DNA of 64,000 nucleotides from an uncultured Rickettsiales bacterium (GTDB taxonomy: Bacteria > Pseudomonadota > Alphaproteobacteria > Rickettsiales > UBA8987): contig CAYULD010000003.1 of NCBI GenBank assembly GCA_964445765.1, positions 147,480-211,479 of the forward strand, read 5' to 3'. Position numbers and translations under genes: made by a program. This document shows, one piece after another, positions 35,914-45,326 of the stretch. Under the pieces are notes generated by a model, which worked only from the letters and a program-made list of their open reading frames with translations, had not been told where the DNA came from and did not search any database. The first letter of the stretch is position 1; every line of letters starts with the position of its first letter.

Positions 35914-37332
35914 CTACTTACTAGCTAGTAAAGCCCTATCTTTAACGCTTTCAATATTCACTTCTACAATTTTGTTCATAAATTCTGGGTGGTTTTCAAT
36001 GATAACGGGCTGATAATATTCCGTAAAGCCAACTAGATGATTTTCAAATTTTCCTTTGCGATTGAAAAGAACCTTCATTTTTTTGCCAACTTTATCAGCA
36101 AGCCTAGCAAACATTTGCTTATCTAGAAGAGCTTGTAGCTCAGAAAGCCTTTCTTTTTTAACTTCTGCTGGTGTGGTATCTTCCATATTTGCACCCGGTG
36201 TGCCGGGTCTTGCGCTATATATAAAAGAATATGAAAGGGTAAAGCCAACATCATTGATTAGTTTTAGAGTATCTCTAAAATCTTGCTCTGTTTCACCCGG
36301 AAAGCCAATTATGAAATCAGAAGAAAACTCAATATCAGGGCGAACATTTCTAAATTTATCAATGATTCTGCGGTAATCATCAGCGGTGTGTTTGCGATTC
36401 ATTGCTTTTAAGATGCTATCTGAGCCACTTTGAATTGGCAAATGCACAAAAGGCATTAATTTTGGAAAATCTTTATGGGCATTTATCAAATCATCTTCCA
36501 TATCCCTTGGGTGAGATGTGGTGTAGCGAATGCGCTGAATTTGCGGAATATTAGAAAGTTTTTCAATAAGTTTTGCAAGGCTCCAGCTTGAGCCATCAGG
36601 GGCTTTGCCGTGAAATGCATTAACATTCTGGCCAAGTAAATTAAGCTCTATTGTGCCTCTTTCTGCAAGAATTAAGGCCTCACGATAAATTTGATTCACA
36701 TCTCTTGAAACCTCTGCACCGCGAGTATAAGGCACAACACAAAAAGTGCAGAATTTATCACAACCTTCTTGAACCGTAAGAAATGCAGATGATTTAACTT
36801 CGTGAACATCTTTGGGGGCTTTTTCATTTTCAATTTCTTCTAGAAGAAAATCAAATTTATCAATCGTTGAAAAATCAAGCTCAACATTACCTTTTGTGCC
36901 AGCTTCTGCGTTTTTTACAAGCATCGGCAAGCGTTGATAGCTTTGTGGCCCAACCACAATATCAACATAAGGTGCACGAGATTTAATTTCAGAACCCTCT
37001 GCCTGTGCAACGCAACCAGCAACTGCAACAACGGTGTTTTTACCCTCTAGCTTTCGTTTATCCTTAAATTTTTTTATTCTACCTAAATCAGAATACATTT
37101 TTTCAGAGGCTTTTTCACGAATGTGGCAGGTGTTTAGAACAATTAAATCGCACTCATCAGATATTTCTTTTTCAAGCTGGAAGCCGTGATTTCCCATCGT
37201 GCCACCCATTTTTTCAGAATCATAAAAATTCATCTGGCAACCATAAGTTTTGATAAACATTTTCTTTTGGCTTTCAGAGTTATTTTCTAAAAATTGAGCT
37301 TGATTGCTATTATTTATATTCGCTTCTTGCAC
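35914..37332 (-). CDS. miaB: tRNA-i6A37 methylthiotransferase
   Basis: TYGCQMN N-terminal Cys motif, radical-SAM CDKFCTFCVVP, C-terminal TRAM domain. Confidence 0.95.
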   Translation of the reverse strand: MQEANINNSNQAQFLENNSESQKKMFIKTYGCQMNFYDSEKMGGTMGNHGFQLEKEISDECDLIVLNTCHIREKASEKMYSDLGRIKKFKDKRKLEGKNTVVAVAGCVAQAEGSEIKSRAPYVDIVVGPQSYQRLPMLVKNAEAGTKGNVELDFSTIDKFDFLLEEIENEKAPKDVHEVKSSAFLTVQEGCDKFCTFCVVPYTRGAEVSRDVNQIYREALILAERGTIELNLLGQNVNAFHGKAPDGSSWSLAKLIEKLSNIPQIQRIRYTTSHPRDMEDDLINAHKDFPKLMPFVHLPIQSGSDSILKAMNRKHTADDYRRIIDKFRNVRPDIEFSSDFIIGFPGETEQDFRDTLKLINDVGFTLSYSFIYSARPGTPGANMEDTTPAEVKKERLSELQALLDKQMFARLADKVGKKMKVLFNRKGKFENHLVGFTEYYQPVIIENHPEFMNKIVEVNIESVKDRALLASK

Positions 37333-37334
37333 TA

Positions 37335-37886
37335 TTAAAATTTTGATGTTTTCTTAATTTTTTCAACTTTTTTAACTATCATATCTCGCTTCATTTTTGA
37401 GATATAATCAACGAAAACTATACCATTTAGGTGGTCAATTTCGTGTTGAATACAAACAGAGGCTAGGCCTTCAAAATCTTGAGTTCTCTCTCTGCCATCA
37501 GCATCAAGATATTTAACGATAACTTTTTTAGGCCTTTCAATTTCTGCAAATTGAGTTGGGAAAGATAAACAACCTTCTTCAAAAACAAATTTCTCTTCTG
37601 ATGAATAAATTATTTCAGGGTTAATTAAAAAGATTGGATCAGGCGTTGCATCAGGGTTGTGAGTGCCATCATATCTCAGTGAGCCTTGCGCAATATCCAT
37701 TGCAATAATTCTTTTATGAACCCCAACTTGAACGGCAGCCAAACCAAGCCCATAATGCTTATACATTGTTTCAAGCATATCTTCAAGAAATACGCGAAGA
37801 TTATCATTAATTTCTTCGGGTTTAACTTCCTCAGAAACCTTTTTTAATCTTGGATCTGGTGCAATAACTAAAGGTAAAACGGCCAT
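37335..37886 (-). CDS. def: Peptide deformylase
   Basis: GLAAVQVG, EGCLS and HEIDHLNG motifs. Start taken at MAVLPLV (37886). Confidence 0.95.
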   Translation of the reverse strand: MAVLPLVIAPDPRLKKVSEEVKPEEINDNLRVFLEDMLETMYKHYGLGLAAVQVGVHKRIIAMDIAQGSLRYDGTHNPDATPDPIFLINPEIIYSSEEKFVFEEGCLSFPTQFAEIERPKKVIVKYLDADGRERTQDFEGLASVCIQHEIDHLNGIVFVDYISKMKRDMIVKKVEKIKKTSKF

Positions 37887-37986
37887 ATTTGAGTTATATA
37901 ATATTTTATAAATTTTAATAATAAAAAATGCCCAATCTTTATGCAAAAGGCAGAGTTAAAATACAAGAGGTAACTGCGAGATTTTT

Positions 37987-38052
37987 GTCATTCTGAGCAT
38001 AGCGAAGAATCTAAAAAAGCTAATTTAGATCTTTCACTTCGTTCAAGATGAC
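37987..38052. repeat. Family B hairpin element
   Basis: gtcattctgagcatagcgaagaatc...gatctttcacttcgttcaagatgac, immediately downstream of gatB on the minus strand. Confidence 0.8.
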
Positions 38053-38122
38053 ACTAATTTTATTACCTGTAAATTGCAACCTGCACTATCCCTATTAAGA
38101 TGGGGATAAAACTTAAAACCTG

Positions 38123-39589
38123 CTATTTCAACTTATCTTTTAGTAAATCATTAACACCTTTTGGGTTTGCTTTGCCTTGAGTTAATTTCATAACTTGACC
38201 AACTAAAAAGCCGAATAATTTATCTTTTCCAGATTTATATTCTGCAACCTCATTAGGAAATTTAGAGATAACTTCATCAATCGCTTTTTCAATAGCACCA
38301 CTATCACTAACTTGTTTTAAGCCTTTTTCTTCAACAATTTGCAGGGCTTTTTTATTAGAAGAAATCATTTCATCAAGCACATCTTTTGCAATTTTGCCAG
38401 AGATTGTGCCATCTTTAATAAGATTCACAAGTTCCGCAAGGTTTTCAGAGGTAACGGGGCAGTTTGAAATTTCCAAGCCAAGTTTGTTGAGCCTACCGAA
38501 TAACTCCGCAGTTAGCCAAGAAACTGAAAGTTTAGCATCTTGAGTTTTATTAAATAAATTATCAAAATATTCTGCTATTTCTTTTTCAGCGGTTAAAACG
38601 CCAGCATCATATTCACTAAGCCCTAACTGGTTGATATATCTATTTTTCTTATCTTCTGGCAGTTCAGGCAGGCTTTGCTTTATTTTAGTAATTTCAGAAT
38701 CTTCAATTTTTAGCGGGTATAAATCAGGGTCAGGAAAATATCTGTAATCGTGAGCATCTTCCTTAGTTCTCATCACCCTTGTTGAGCCTGTATTTGTATC
38801 AAATAGGCGAGTTGCTTGTTCAACCACGCCACCATTTTCAATTAAATCAATTTGCCTTTGCACTTCAAAATTAATTGCTTGGATAATAAATCTGATAGAG
38901 TTTAGATTTTTTATTTCATTTCTAGTGCCGAATTTTGATTCACCATATTTACGAACTGAAACATTGGCATCACAGCGAAGCGATCCCTTTTCCATATCTC
39001 CATCGCAAGAGCCAACATATCTGAGGATTTGACGAAGATTTTTAATATATTCCCCAGCTTCTTCTGCGGAGCGTAAATCAGGGTAGGTAACAATTTCCAT
39101 CAGGCCAACGCCAGAGCGGTTTAGATCAATAAAACTTTCAGTGGGAGATTGATCGTGAATAGATTTTCCAGCGTCTTGCTCAATGTGAATTCTTTCTACT
39201 CTAATTTTCTTTCTGCCGTAAGGCATATCAATAGAGATTTCACCTTCTGAAACTATTGGCCTTCTAAATTGGCTAATTTGGTAGCCTTGCGGTAAATCTG
39301 CGTAAAAATAATTTTTTCTATCAAAAACGCTTAAATTATTAATATTCGCCTTTATCGCAAGCCCTGTTTTAATTGCTTGATTAACACAATAAGGGTTAAG
39401 AACTGGCAACATTCCGGGCATTGCAGCATCAACAAATGATACATTAGTATTAGGCTCAGCCCCAAATTCCGCCACTGACGACGAAAATAGTTTTGTATTA
39501 GACTTAATTTGAGCGTGAACCTCAAGACCAATAACAACTTCCCAAAGACCAGTTTTGCCCTGAATTAAATTTTCTTTTGATTCTACCAT
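38123..39589 (-). CDS. gatB: Asp/Glu-tRNA amidotransferase subunit B
   Basis: Full-length 488 aa with [10 protein letters not shown]...DLNRSG... GatB signatures. Confidence 0.97.
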   Translation of the reverse strand: MVESKENLIQGKTGLWEVVIGLEVHAQIKSNTKLFSSSVAEFGAEPNTNVSFVDAAMPGMLPVLNPYCVNQAIKTGLAIKANINNLSVFDRKNYFYADLPQGYQISQFRRPIVSEGEISIDMPYGRKKIRVERIHIEQDAGKSIHDQSPTESFIDLNRSGVGLMEIVTYPDLRSAEEAGEYIKNLRQILRYVGSCDGDMEKGSLRCDANVSVRKYGESKFGTRNEIKNLNSIRFIIQAINFEVQRQIDLIENGGVVEQATRLFDTNTGSTRVMRTKEDAHDYRYFPDPDLYPLKIEDSEITKIKQSLPELPEDKKNRYINQLGLSEYDAGVLTAEKEIAEYFDNLFNKTQDAKLSVSWLTAELFGRLNKLGLEISNCPVTSENLAELVNLIKDGTISGKIAKDVLDEMISSNKKALQIVEEKGLKQVSDSGAIEKAIDEVISKFPNEVAEYKSGKDKLFGFLVGQVMKLTQGKANPKGVNDLLKDKLK

Positions 39590-39661
39590 TTATAAAATTT
39601 TTTTGAAAATTTTATTACAGCATCAATATTATTAAATCAAGAGGCTTAAATGTTAACTCTC

Positions 39662-39821
39662 CGGGAGTGTTCACTATCCATAGGTATATCTGTTATTACC
39701 CGAATTTTTATAAAGATCCAATCTTTAGAAAAATTATAGGGTAATCTAAATCAATAGGTTAATGGATCGCCCTATAGTTGCTTCGCAACTCGGGCGATGA
39801 CAATCTATGTATAGTGAACAC
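39662..39821. mobile_element. Family C MITE-like element, copy 1
   Basis: Terminal inverted repeats (g)ggagtgttcactat / atagtgaacac. Internal hairpins tacccgaatttttataaagat...atctttagaaaaattatagggta and tcgccc...gttgcttcgcaac...gggcga. Confidence 0.8.
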
Positions 39822-39833
39822 CTCCAAATCTCC

Positions 39834-40442
39834 CTAAACTCTAGGCATAGTTTTTTGAAGGCTATCTCTTAAAGAAAATTTATTATACCATTCTGCAAGT
39901 TTTTTGTGCTTTTCCTGCCAGTTATAATTGGTAAGTCTAAAGGATATGTAACCTAAAGCAGAAGCGGTTGAAATTTCAGCTAGAGTGAAAAGTTGCTCAA
40001 TATGAAAAGTTTTACAGATTCTATCAAGCATATCAAAGCCCCTATCTAAAATCTCGTAATGTTTGTTTAGGGTTGCTTTATCTTGCTTCTCAGAGGGTTT
40101 TAGATTTTCAAAATATATTTTAATTGCTGATTCAACCATTCCATCAGTTAAAGCTTCTGTTCTTAAAACCTCAATTCTATAAGAAATTTGAGATGGTATT
40201 AGTTTAGGGTTATCATTCAAACCATCAATATATTCACAAATTACGGGGCTATCATAAATTGAATGGCCATTTTCTAAAACTAATGTTGGCACTTGCCCTA
40301 ATGGATTTGCCTCAATAAGCTCTTTAGGTTTGTTGGATAAATCTACTGGAATAATTTTTATTTTTTCAGCAAGACCCTTTTCAATAGCCATAATCAAGGC
40401 TTTTCTTGCAAAAGGGGAGCGGTTTGTTATATATAATTTCAT
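39834..40442 (-). CDS. Glutathione S-transferase family protein
   Basis: 202 aa with a thioredoxin-like N-terminal domain (MKLYITNRSPFARK...VPTLV) and a helical C-terminal domain. Confidence 0.75.
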   Translation of the reverse strand: MKLYITNRSPFARKALIMAIEKGLAEKIKIIPVDLSNKPKELIEANPLGQVPTLVLENGHSIYDSPVICEYIDGLNDNPKLIPSQISYRIEVLRTEALTDGMVESAIKIYFENLKPSEKQDKATLNKHYEILDRGFDMLDRICKTFHIEQLFTLAEISTASALGYISFRLTNYNWQEKHKKLAEWYNKFSLRDSLQKTMPRV

Positions 40443-40525
40443 AAAATCTTTTTGTATTTGCTGTTAGAAAATATAATTAGTAATCTTAATTGCAAGTGAC
40501 AAGTTGTGAATGTAGGAACTAGGGC

Positions 40526-40710
40526 GTGTTCACTATAGATAGATGGATTTGTCATTACCCGAATTTTTATAAAGATATAAATCTTTAGAAAAATTATAGA
40601 GCCTGCCCCGCACTTGATGGGGGGTAAGCTAAATCAATAGGTTAATGGATCGCCCTATGGTTGCTTCGCAACTCGGGCGATGACAATCTATACATAGTGA
40701 ACACTCCCAA
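40526..40710. mobile_element. Family C MITE-like element, copy 2 (same orientation as copy 1, with an extra internal segment)
   Basis: gtgttcactat...atagtgaacactccc. It aligns with copy 1 along its length except for an added gagcctgccccgcacttgatgggggg segment. Confidence 0.8.
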
Positions 40711-40790
40711 TTAACTCTCAAATTTACTATTGTATTTACAACACAAATAGTTATAAGCCTATTATTAAGAAAAATTTAGAAAGAATAATT

Positions 40791-42638
40791 ATGCCTTCAA
40801 ATAAGTTTAATTTTGCTTTTATTGCTCTTGTAACGCTTGTAATCTCTACATCTTCAGCATTTGCACAGGTTGAATATGCATTTAATGATGTGAATAATTC
40901 TAAAGTTCCTGCTAATCCAAAATGTGATCCATACTCACCGGAAGATCAAGCTAGAATACCTATTTCAGGGGTTAATGACCCTAAATTCAATATTAATTAC
41001 CATAATGGTGAGCCAGTTATTGAAACTAAAATTTGTGGTGTTCAAGTTAAGGGCAAGGGTTCACCTAGATTAAAGGGGATTTTAATTACAACGCCTTGGT
41101 ATTACAAAAATAAGCTAAATAGTTATTTTGGAACGCCTGGCTTTTTTATAAGAGATCTTAATATTCTTACACAAGATCCAGATGCTAAAAACAGGCTTTA
41201 TTCCTATAAAAATGATGAAATTACCGAAGATATGCTTAACGGCATAATTCGCGATGTGATAGTTTTGATGAGGGATAAAAACCAGCCAGTGGTTGATGTT
41301 TATTTTCCTGAGCAAGATGTTACAGATGGCTATGTTGTTGGTTTAGTTGAGCGTGCAATTCTTGATAAAATTATTGTTAATGGCAACCAATATTATTCTG
41401 ATGAAGAAATTTCTGATAATATTCGTTTGAAATCAGGGGATTATGTTTGGTCTGATATTCTTTCTGAAGATATGCGTTGGATAAACTCATATCCGTATCG
41501 TCAAGTTGATGCTATCTTCAAGCCGGGTGCGAAGCCTAGAACAACGGATTTAATTCTAGAAACTGCGGATATGACGCCTTATCGTATATTCGGTGGCTAT
41601 GATAATTATGGCCCTTCTGCAACTAACCAAGATCAAGTATATGCAGGGTTCAGCTATGGTGATTTATTTGGTGCGGATCACGAAGTTATTTATACTTATG
41701 GTGCAAGTGCTGATTTTGCGAATTTTAGCTCTCACACATTACAATATATAATGCCATTTGCAGATATTAGAAATAGGCTTTCATTAACTGGTTCACTTTC
41801 AACTTCTGAGCCAATTTCTGATAACCCATTTTTCTCAACAGAAGGTGAAAATATTTTCTTGAATGCTGATTATGAAATTCCACTTCATGACTTTGGTATT
41901 AGAGGTTTTGTGCAAGGTTTAAGAGTTGGTGCTGATTACAAAAAACTTGAAAATAACATTGATTTTGGTGGCACACAAGTATTTAGCTCTGACCCTGAAA
42001 TTATGCAGGCTTATATTACCTATGAAGGCTCTGAAACTTCTTCAATTGCTTCAAATATCTTTAGGTTAACAGCGGTTGGCTCTCCGGGTGATTTAGCTGG
42101 TAATAATAATGATGTTGAATTTAACACAGCCACATTAGGTGCAGAATCTCAATATGCTTATTTCAGAGGTTTATATGATACAAGATATACCTTCCAAGAT
42201 TTAGAAGGCTTTTCACTTGGTGGTTTATTTAGGGGGCAATATTCACCTATGACAACCTTACTTTCATCTGAGCAAGCTGCAATTAGTGGGCCGGGTGCGG
42301 TTAGGGGCTTCCAAACCAATAATATCCGTCGTGATAATGCGTTCCTTTCTACTATTGAAGTTGCCTCACCTTATGTGCCAGTTCTTGATGAAATTCTGCA
42401 AACTACCATCAGGGATAGAATTCAAGGCTTTGTTTTCTATGATAGAGGTTATGGTGCTAATGAAAATGTTGCATCTCAAGGCTCTCAAACGGTTAATTTA
42501 CAATCTGCCGGTATTGGTGCAAGGTTCGGCTTAGGCAGAAACTTAAACGGCGTTGTTGAATATGCGAGAGAAATTGATGATGAGTTTAATGATGGCACCG
42601 ATGACCAAGTGCATATAAGGGTAAATGCATCTTATTAG
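40791..42638 (+). CDS. ShlB/FhaC/HecB-family two-partner-secretion outer-membrane transporter (TpsB)
   Basis: Signal peptide ending SSAFAQ. POTRA-like segment (ILDKIIVNGNQYY...LKSGD...L..D...IN). Omp85/TpsB loop-6 VRGF motif and F-x-D-x-G (FYDRG). Terminal aromatic residue. Confidence 0.8.
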   Translation: MPSNKFNFAFIALVTLVISTSSAFAQVEYAFNDVNNSKVPANPKCDPYSPEDQARIPISGVNDPKFNINYHNGEPVIETKICGVQVKGKGSPRLKGILITTPWYYKNKLNSYFGTPGFFIRDLNILTQDPDAKNRLYSYKNDEITEDMLNGIIRDVIVLMRDKNQPVVDVYFPEQDVTDGYVVGLVERAILDKIIVNGNQYYSDEEISDNIRLKSGDYVWSDILSEDMRWINSYPYRQVDAIFKPGAKPRTTDLILETADMTPYRIFGGYDNYGPSATNQDQVYAGFSYGDLFGADHEVIYTYGASADFANFSSHTLQYIMPFADIRNRLSLTGSLSTSEPISDNPFFSTEGENIFLNADYEIPLHDFGIRGFVQGLRVGADYKKLENNIDFGGTQVFSSDPEIMQAYITYEGSETSSIASNIFRLTAVGSPGDLAGNNNDVEFNTATLGAESQYAYFRGLYDTRYTFQDLEGFSLGGLFRGQYSPMTTLLSSEQAAISGPGAVRGFQTNNIRRDNAFLSTIEVASPYVPVLDEILQTTIRDRIQGFVFYDRGYGANENVASQGSQTVNLQSAGIGARFGLGRNLNGVVEYAREIDDEFNDGTDDQVHIRVNASY

Positions 42639-42666
42639 TATTAATTTTGATATGTCTTGATATTAT

Positions 42667-42691
42667 AAGGGGGCTTAAGCCCCCTTTTTTT
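42667..42691 (+). terminator. Rho-independent terminator after the TpsB gene
   Basis: aaGGGGGC-ttaa-GCCCCCtt stem-loop followed by seven T. Confidence 0.75.
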
Positions 42692-42741
42692 ATTTTATAA
42701 AATTTGATATTATAATTTTATTAAGCCAAAAAACATATTTT

Positions 42742-43032
42742 ATGGATTTAGAAAAAATAAAGAAAAAATATAAATCAAAAATTGAAAAAATTTCTAATAA
42801 ATATGGTGTATATAATCTAAGAGTATTTGGCTCATATTCTAAAGGAAAACAAAATAAAAATAGTGATTTGGATATTTTATATTCAGCAAATGAAAATTTT
42901 AGTCTTCTAAAACACTCAGCTTTAGAAATAGAATTAAAAAATTTGCTAAAATTGAATGTTCAACTTGTTTCAGATAAAGTTTTAAGTCCTCTTATAAAAA
43001 AAGAAGTTCTAAAGACTGCCATTAAAATATGA
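42742..43032 (+). CDS. mntA: Nucleotidyltransferase antitoxin (MntA-type)
   Basis: GS-X10-D-x-D minimal nucleotidyltransferase motif (FGSYSKGKQNKNSDLDILY). Confidence 0.85.
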   Translation: MDLEKIKKKYKSKIEKISNKYGVYNLRVFGSYSKGKQNKNSDLDILYSANENFSLLKHSALEIELKNLLKLNVQLVSDKVLSPLIKKEVLKTAIKI

Positions 43033-43370
43033 ATCAAGATATTACACATCTAAAATATATTTTAGCTCAAATTAAGCATCTAAAAAATATATCTTCTAGA
43101 GATAGAGATGATTTTGCTATAGAATTAGCTTGCCAAAAACTTCTAGAAAATATTGGTGAATCTTGTTCAAAAATATCTTCTCAGTTAAAAAAAGATTTTC
43201 CAGAAGTTTTATGGAAAGAAATAGTTGGTATGAGAAATATTTTAATACATAATTACTTTGGCATAGATTCTAATGAGGTTTGGAATTCTATAGATGAAGA
43301 TATATTAACTTTAGAAAAGCAAATTAAAAATATTCTAAAAATAAAAAAATATGAAAATAAAAGCACCTAA
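43029..43370 (+). CDS. hepT: HEPN/DUF86 toxin (HepT-type)
   Basis: R-x4-H motif in MRNILIHNYFGID. It has an ATGA overlap with mntA. Confidence 0.85.
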   Translation: MNQDITHLKYILAQIKHLKNISSRDRDDFAIELACQKLLENIGESCSKISSQLKKDFPEVLWKEIVGMRNILIHNYFGIDSNEVWNSIDEDILTLEKQIKNILKIKKYENKST

Positions 43371-44556
43371 AATGATATATGTTTCTGGGGAAGAAATGAC
43401 CAGATACACAATGGATTTAATCTTAAAAAGCTTGATTGAGCCTAATTTAGATATTTCAAACTGGCAGTTTTATGATTTATCTTGCAAAAATCGTGATAAA
43501 ACAGGGGATCAAGTTTTGAAGGATATAATTTCCGCAGGTAAGCAAACAAAAGTTATATTCAAAGAGCCAACAATCACGCCAACTGAAGATCAGAAAAAAG
43601 AGATGGGGCTTTCAAAGGCATGGGGCAGCCCAAATGGTGCAATGCGAAAAGGTTGGAATGGTATAACTATTAGCCGTGATACTATCCATATTGAAGGGAT
43701 AAAACTTGGTTATGAAAACCAAGTTCTGTTTGATAGGCACGCAGTTGGTGGTGAATATTTCGCTGGTTATAAAATTGTAGGAAAGGGCAGGGTGGAAACA
43801 AAATTTTATCCAGAAGATGGCGGTGAGGCTATAATAATTGATGAAAGGCAATTAAAAGATAAGCAAACCGCTGCCGTTTTTTATGATAACCCATATGATA
43901 ATGTTTACCATCTTGCAAAATATTTCTTTGAGCGATCGCTTAAGGCAAAAGTTGTGCCTTATGTTGTAACCAAGAAAACGGTTTTCAAATGGCAAGAGCC
44001 AATGTGGCAAATAATGAAAGAAGTTTTTGATAGGGATTTCAAACAAAAATTTATCTCTGCTAATTTATCACCAAAAAATGAGCTTGAGCATCTAATTTCA
44101 GATTCTGCAACAATGCAGATAATTAAGTGGGTGAAGGGCGGTTTTTCTATGGTTGCACATAATTATGATGGTGATATGCTAACTGATGAGATTTCACAAG
44201 TTCATAAATCCCCCGGTTTTATTTCATCAAGCTTAATTGGTGTTCACGAAGATGGCTCAATGATTAAAGAGTTTGAAGCCTCTCACGGCACAGTTTCAGA
44301 TATGTATCAAAAACATTTGAAGGGTGAGGAAACCTCTCTAAATCCGCTAGGGCTTGTTTATGCACTTAAAGAGGCGATGGATTATTCTGAGGAGTTAGAA
44401 AAGGGCAAGGTTAGCGAGATAAAAGCCTTCTCAGATAAAATGTATAAGGCGATTTGTAAGTTGATGGTTGAAGGTAAGGGAACTCGTGATCTCTGCGGTT
44501 CTTCTGGTGCTACAACCGAGAAATTTATTGAGTTAGTGGCAAGGGAGTTGAATTAG
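43351..44556 (+). CDS. icd: Isocitrate dehydrogenase, homodimeric type II (eukaryote-like) subfamily
   Basis: GEEMTR, TITP, SPNGAMR, RHAVGGEY, NYDGDMLTD and EASHGTV motifs align with type II IDH. The start overlaps hepT by 20 nt. Confidence 0.88.
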   Translation: MKIKAPKMIYVSGEEMTRYTMDLILKSLIEPNLDISNWQFYDLSCKNRDKTGDQVLKDIISAGKQTKVIFKEPTITPTEDQKKEMGLSKAWGSPNGAMRKGWNGITISRDTIHIEGIKLGYENQVLFDRHAVGGEYFAGYKIVGKGRVETKFYPEDGGEAIIIDERQLKDKQTAAVFYDNPYDNVYHLAKYFFERSLKAKVVPYVVTKKTVFKWQEPMWQIMKEVFDRDFKQKFISANLSPKNELEHLISDSATMQIIKWVKGGFSMVAHNYDGDMLTDEISQVHKSPGFISSSLIGVHEDGSMIKEFEASHGTVSDMYQKHLKGEETSLNPLGLVYALKEAMDYSEELEKGKVSEIKAFSDKMYKAICKLMVEGKGTRDLCGSSGATTEKFIELVARELN

Positions 44557-44571
44557 AATTTTCAAATTAAT

Positions 44572-45273
44572 ATGAATTATAACCCATTAATATTAGCACT
44601 TGATTCAGATAATCTTGAAGTTGCCAAGAGGATTTTTAGCAAAACTAAAGATTCAATAGGCCTACTAAAATTAGGTTTAGAATTTGTCTATAATTTTGGT
44701 TTTGAAGAAGTTAAAAAATTTCAATCAGAAAAAGAAATCTTCTTAGATCTCAAACTCCACGATATTCCAAATACAGTTAAATCTGCGTTAAAACCTATCT
44801 CAAAAATGTCAATCGCAATGACAACTATCCATCTTTTAGGTGGCTCAGAAATGGTTAAGGAAAGCAAAAAAATCCTGCAGGAAAATAACTCAAAAACAAA
44901 ATTACTTGGCGTTACAATTTTAACTTCACATAATGATATTAAAGAAATTGGCATTGATAATTCAATCACTTCTCAAGTTTTGAAATTAGCTGAAATGGGG
45001 TTAAAATCTGGCGTTGATGGCTTGGTTTGTTCGCCACAAGAAATTCAAATTATTAGAAAAGAATTTGGTAACTCACCAATTTTAGTAACTCCCGGGGTTC
45101 GCTTGCAAGAAAACACGCAAGGTAATTTTTCTGATGATCAATCCAGAATTGCAACCCCTAAAGATGCAATCTTAGCGGGAAGTAATTACATAGTTGTAGG
45201 GCGACCGATTACAAAATCACACACCCCAAAAGAAGAATGTGAAAAAATATTAAAAAACATTACTTCTGCTTGA
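44572..45273 (+). CDS. pyrF: Orotidine 5'-phosphate decarboxylase
   Basis: LALD...LKLG and DLKLHDIPNTV signatures. Confidence 0.92.
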   Translation: MNYNPLILALDSDNLEVAKRIFSKTKDSIGLLKLGLEFVYNFGFEEVKKFQSEKEIFLDLKLHDIPNTVKSALKPISKMSIAMTTIHLLGGSEMVKESKKILQENNSKTKLLGVTILTSHNDIKEIGIDNSITSQVLKLAEMGLKSGVDGLVCSPQEIQIIRKEFGNSPILVTPGVRLQENTQGNFSDDQSRIATPKDAILAGSNYIVVGRPITKSHTPKEECEKILKNITSA

Positions 45274-45326
45274 ATTAAAACCAAATTTATGTGAAATTTT
45301 AGAATAAACAAATTTATTCTAGATCA

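Noticed and set aside
37887-37946. N-terminal extension of def (MHKDWAFFIIKIYKILYNSN)
   Set aside because: Deformylase homology starts at MAVLPLV. The extension is AT-rich upstream sequence.
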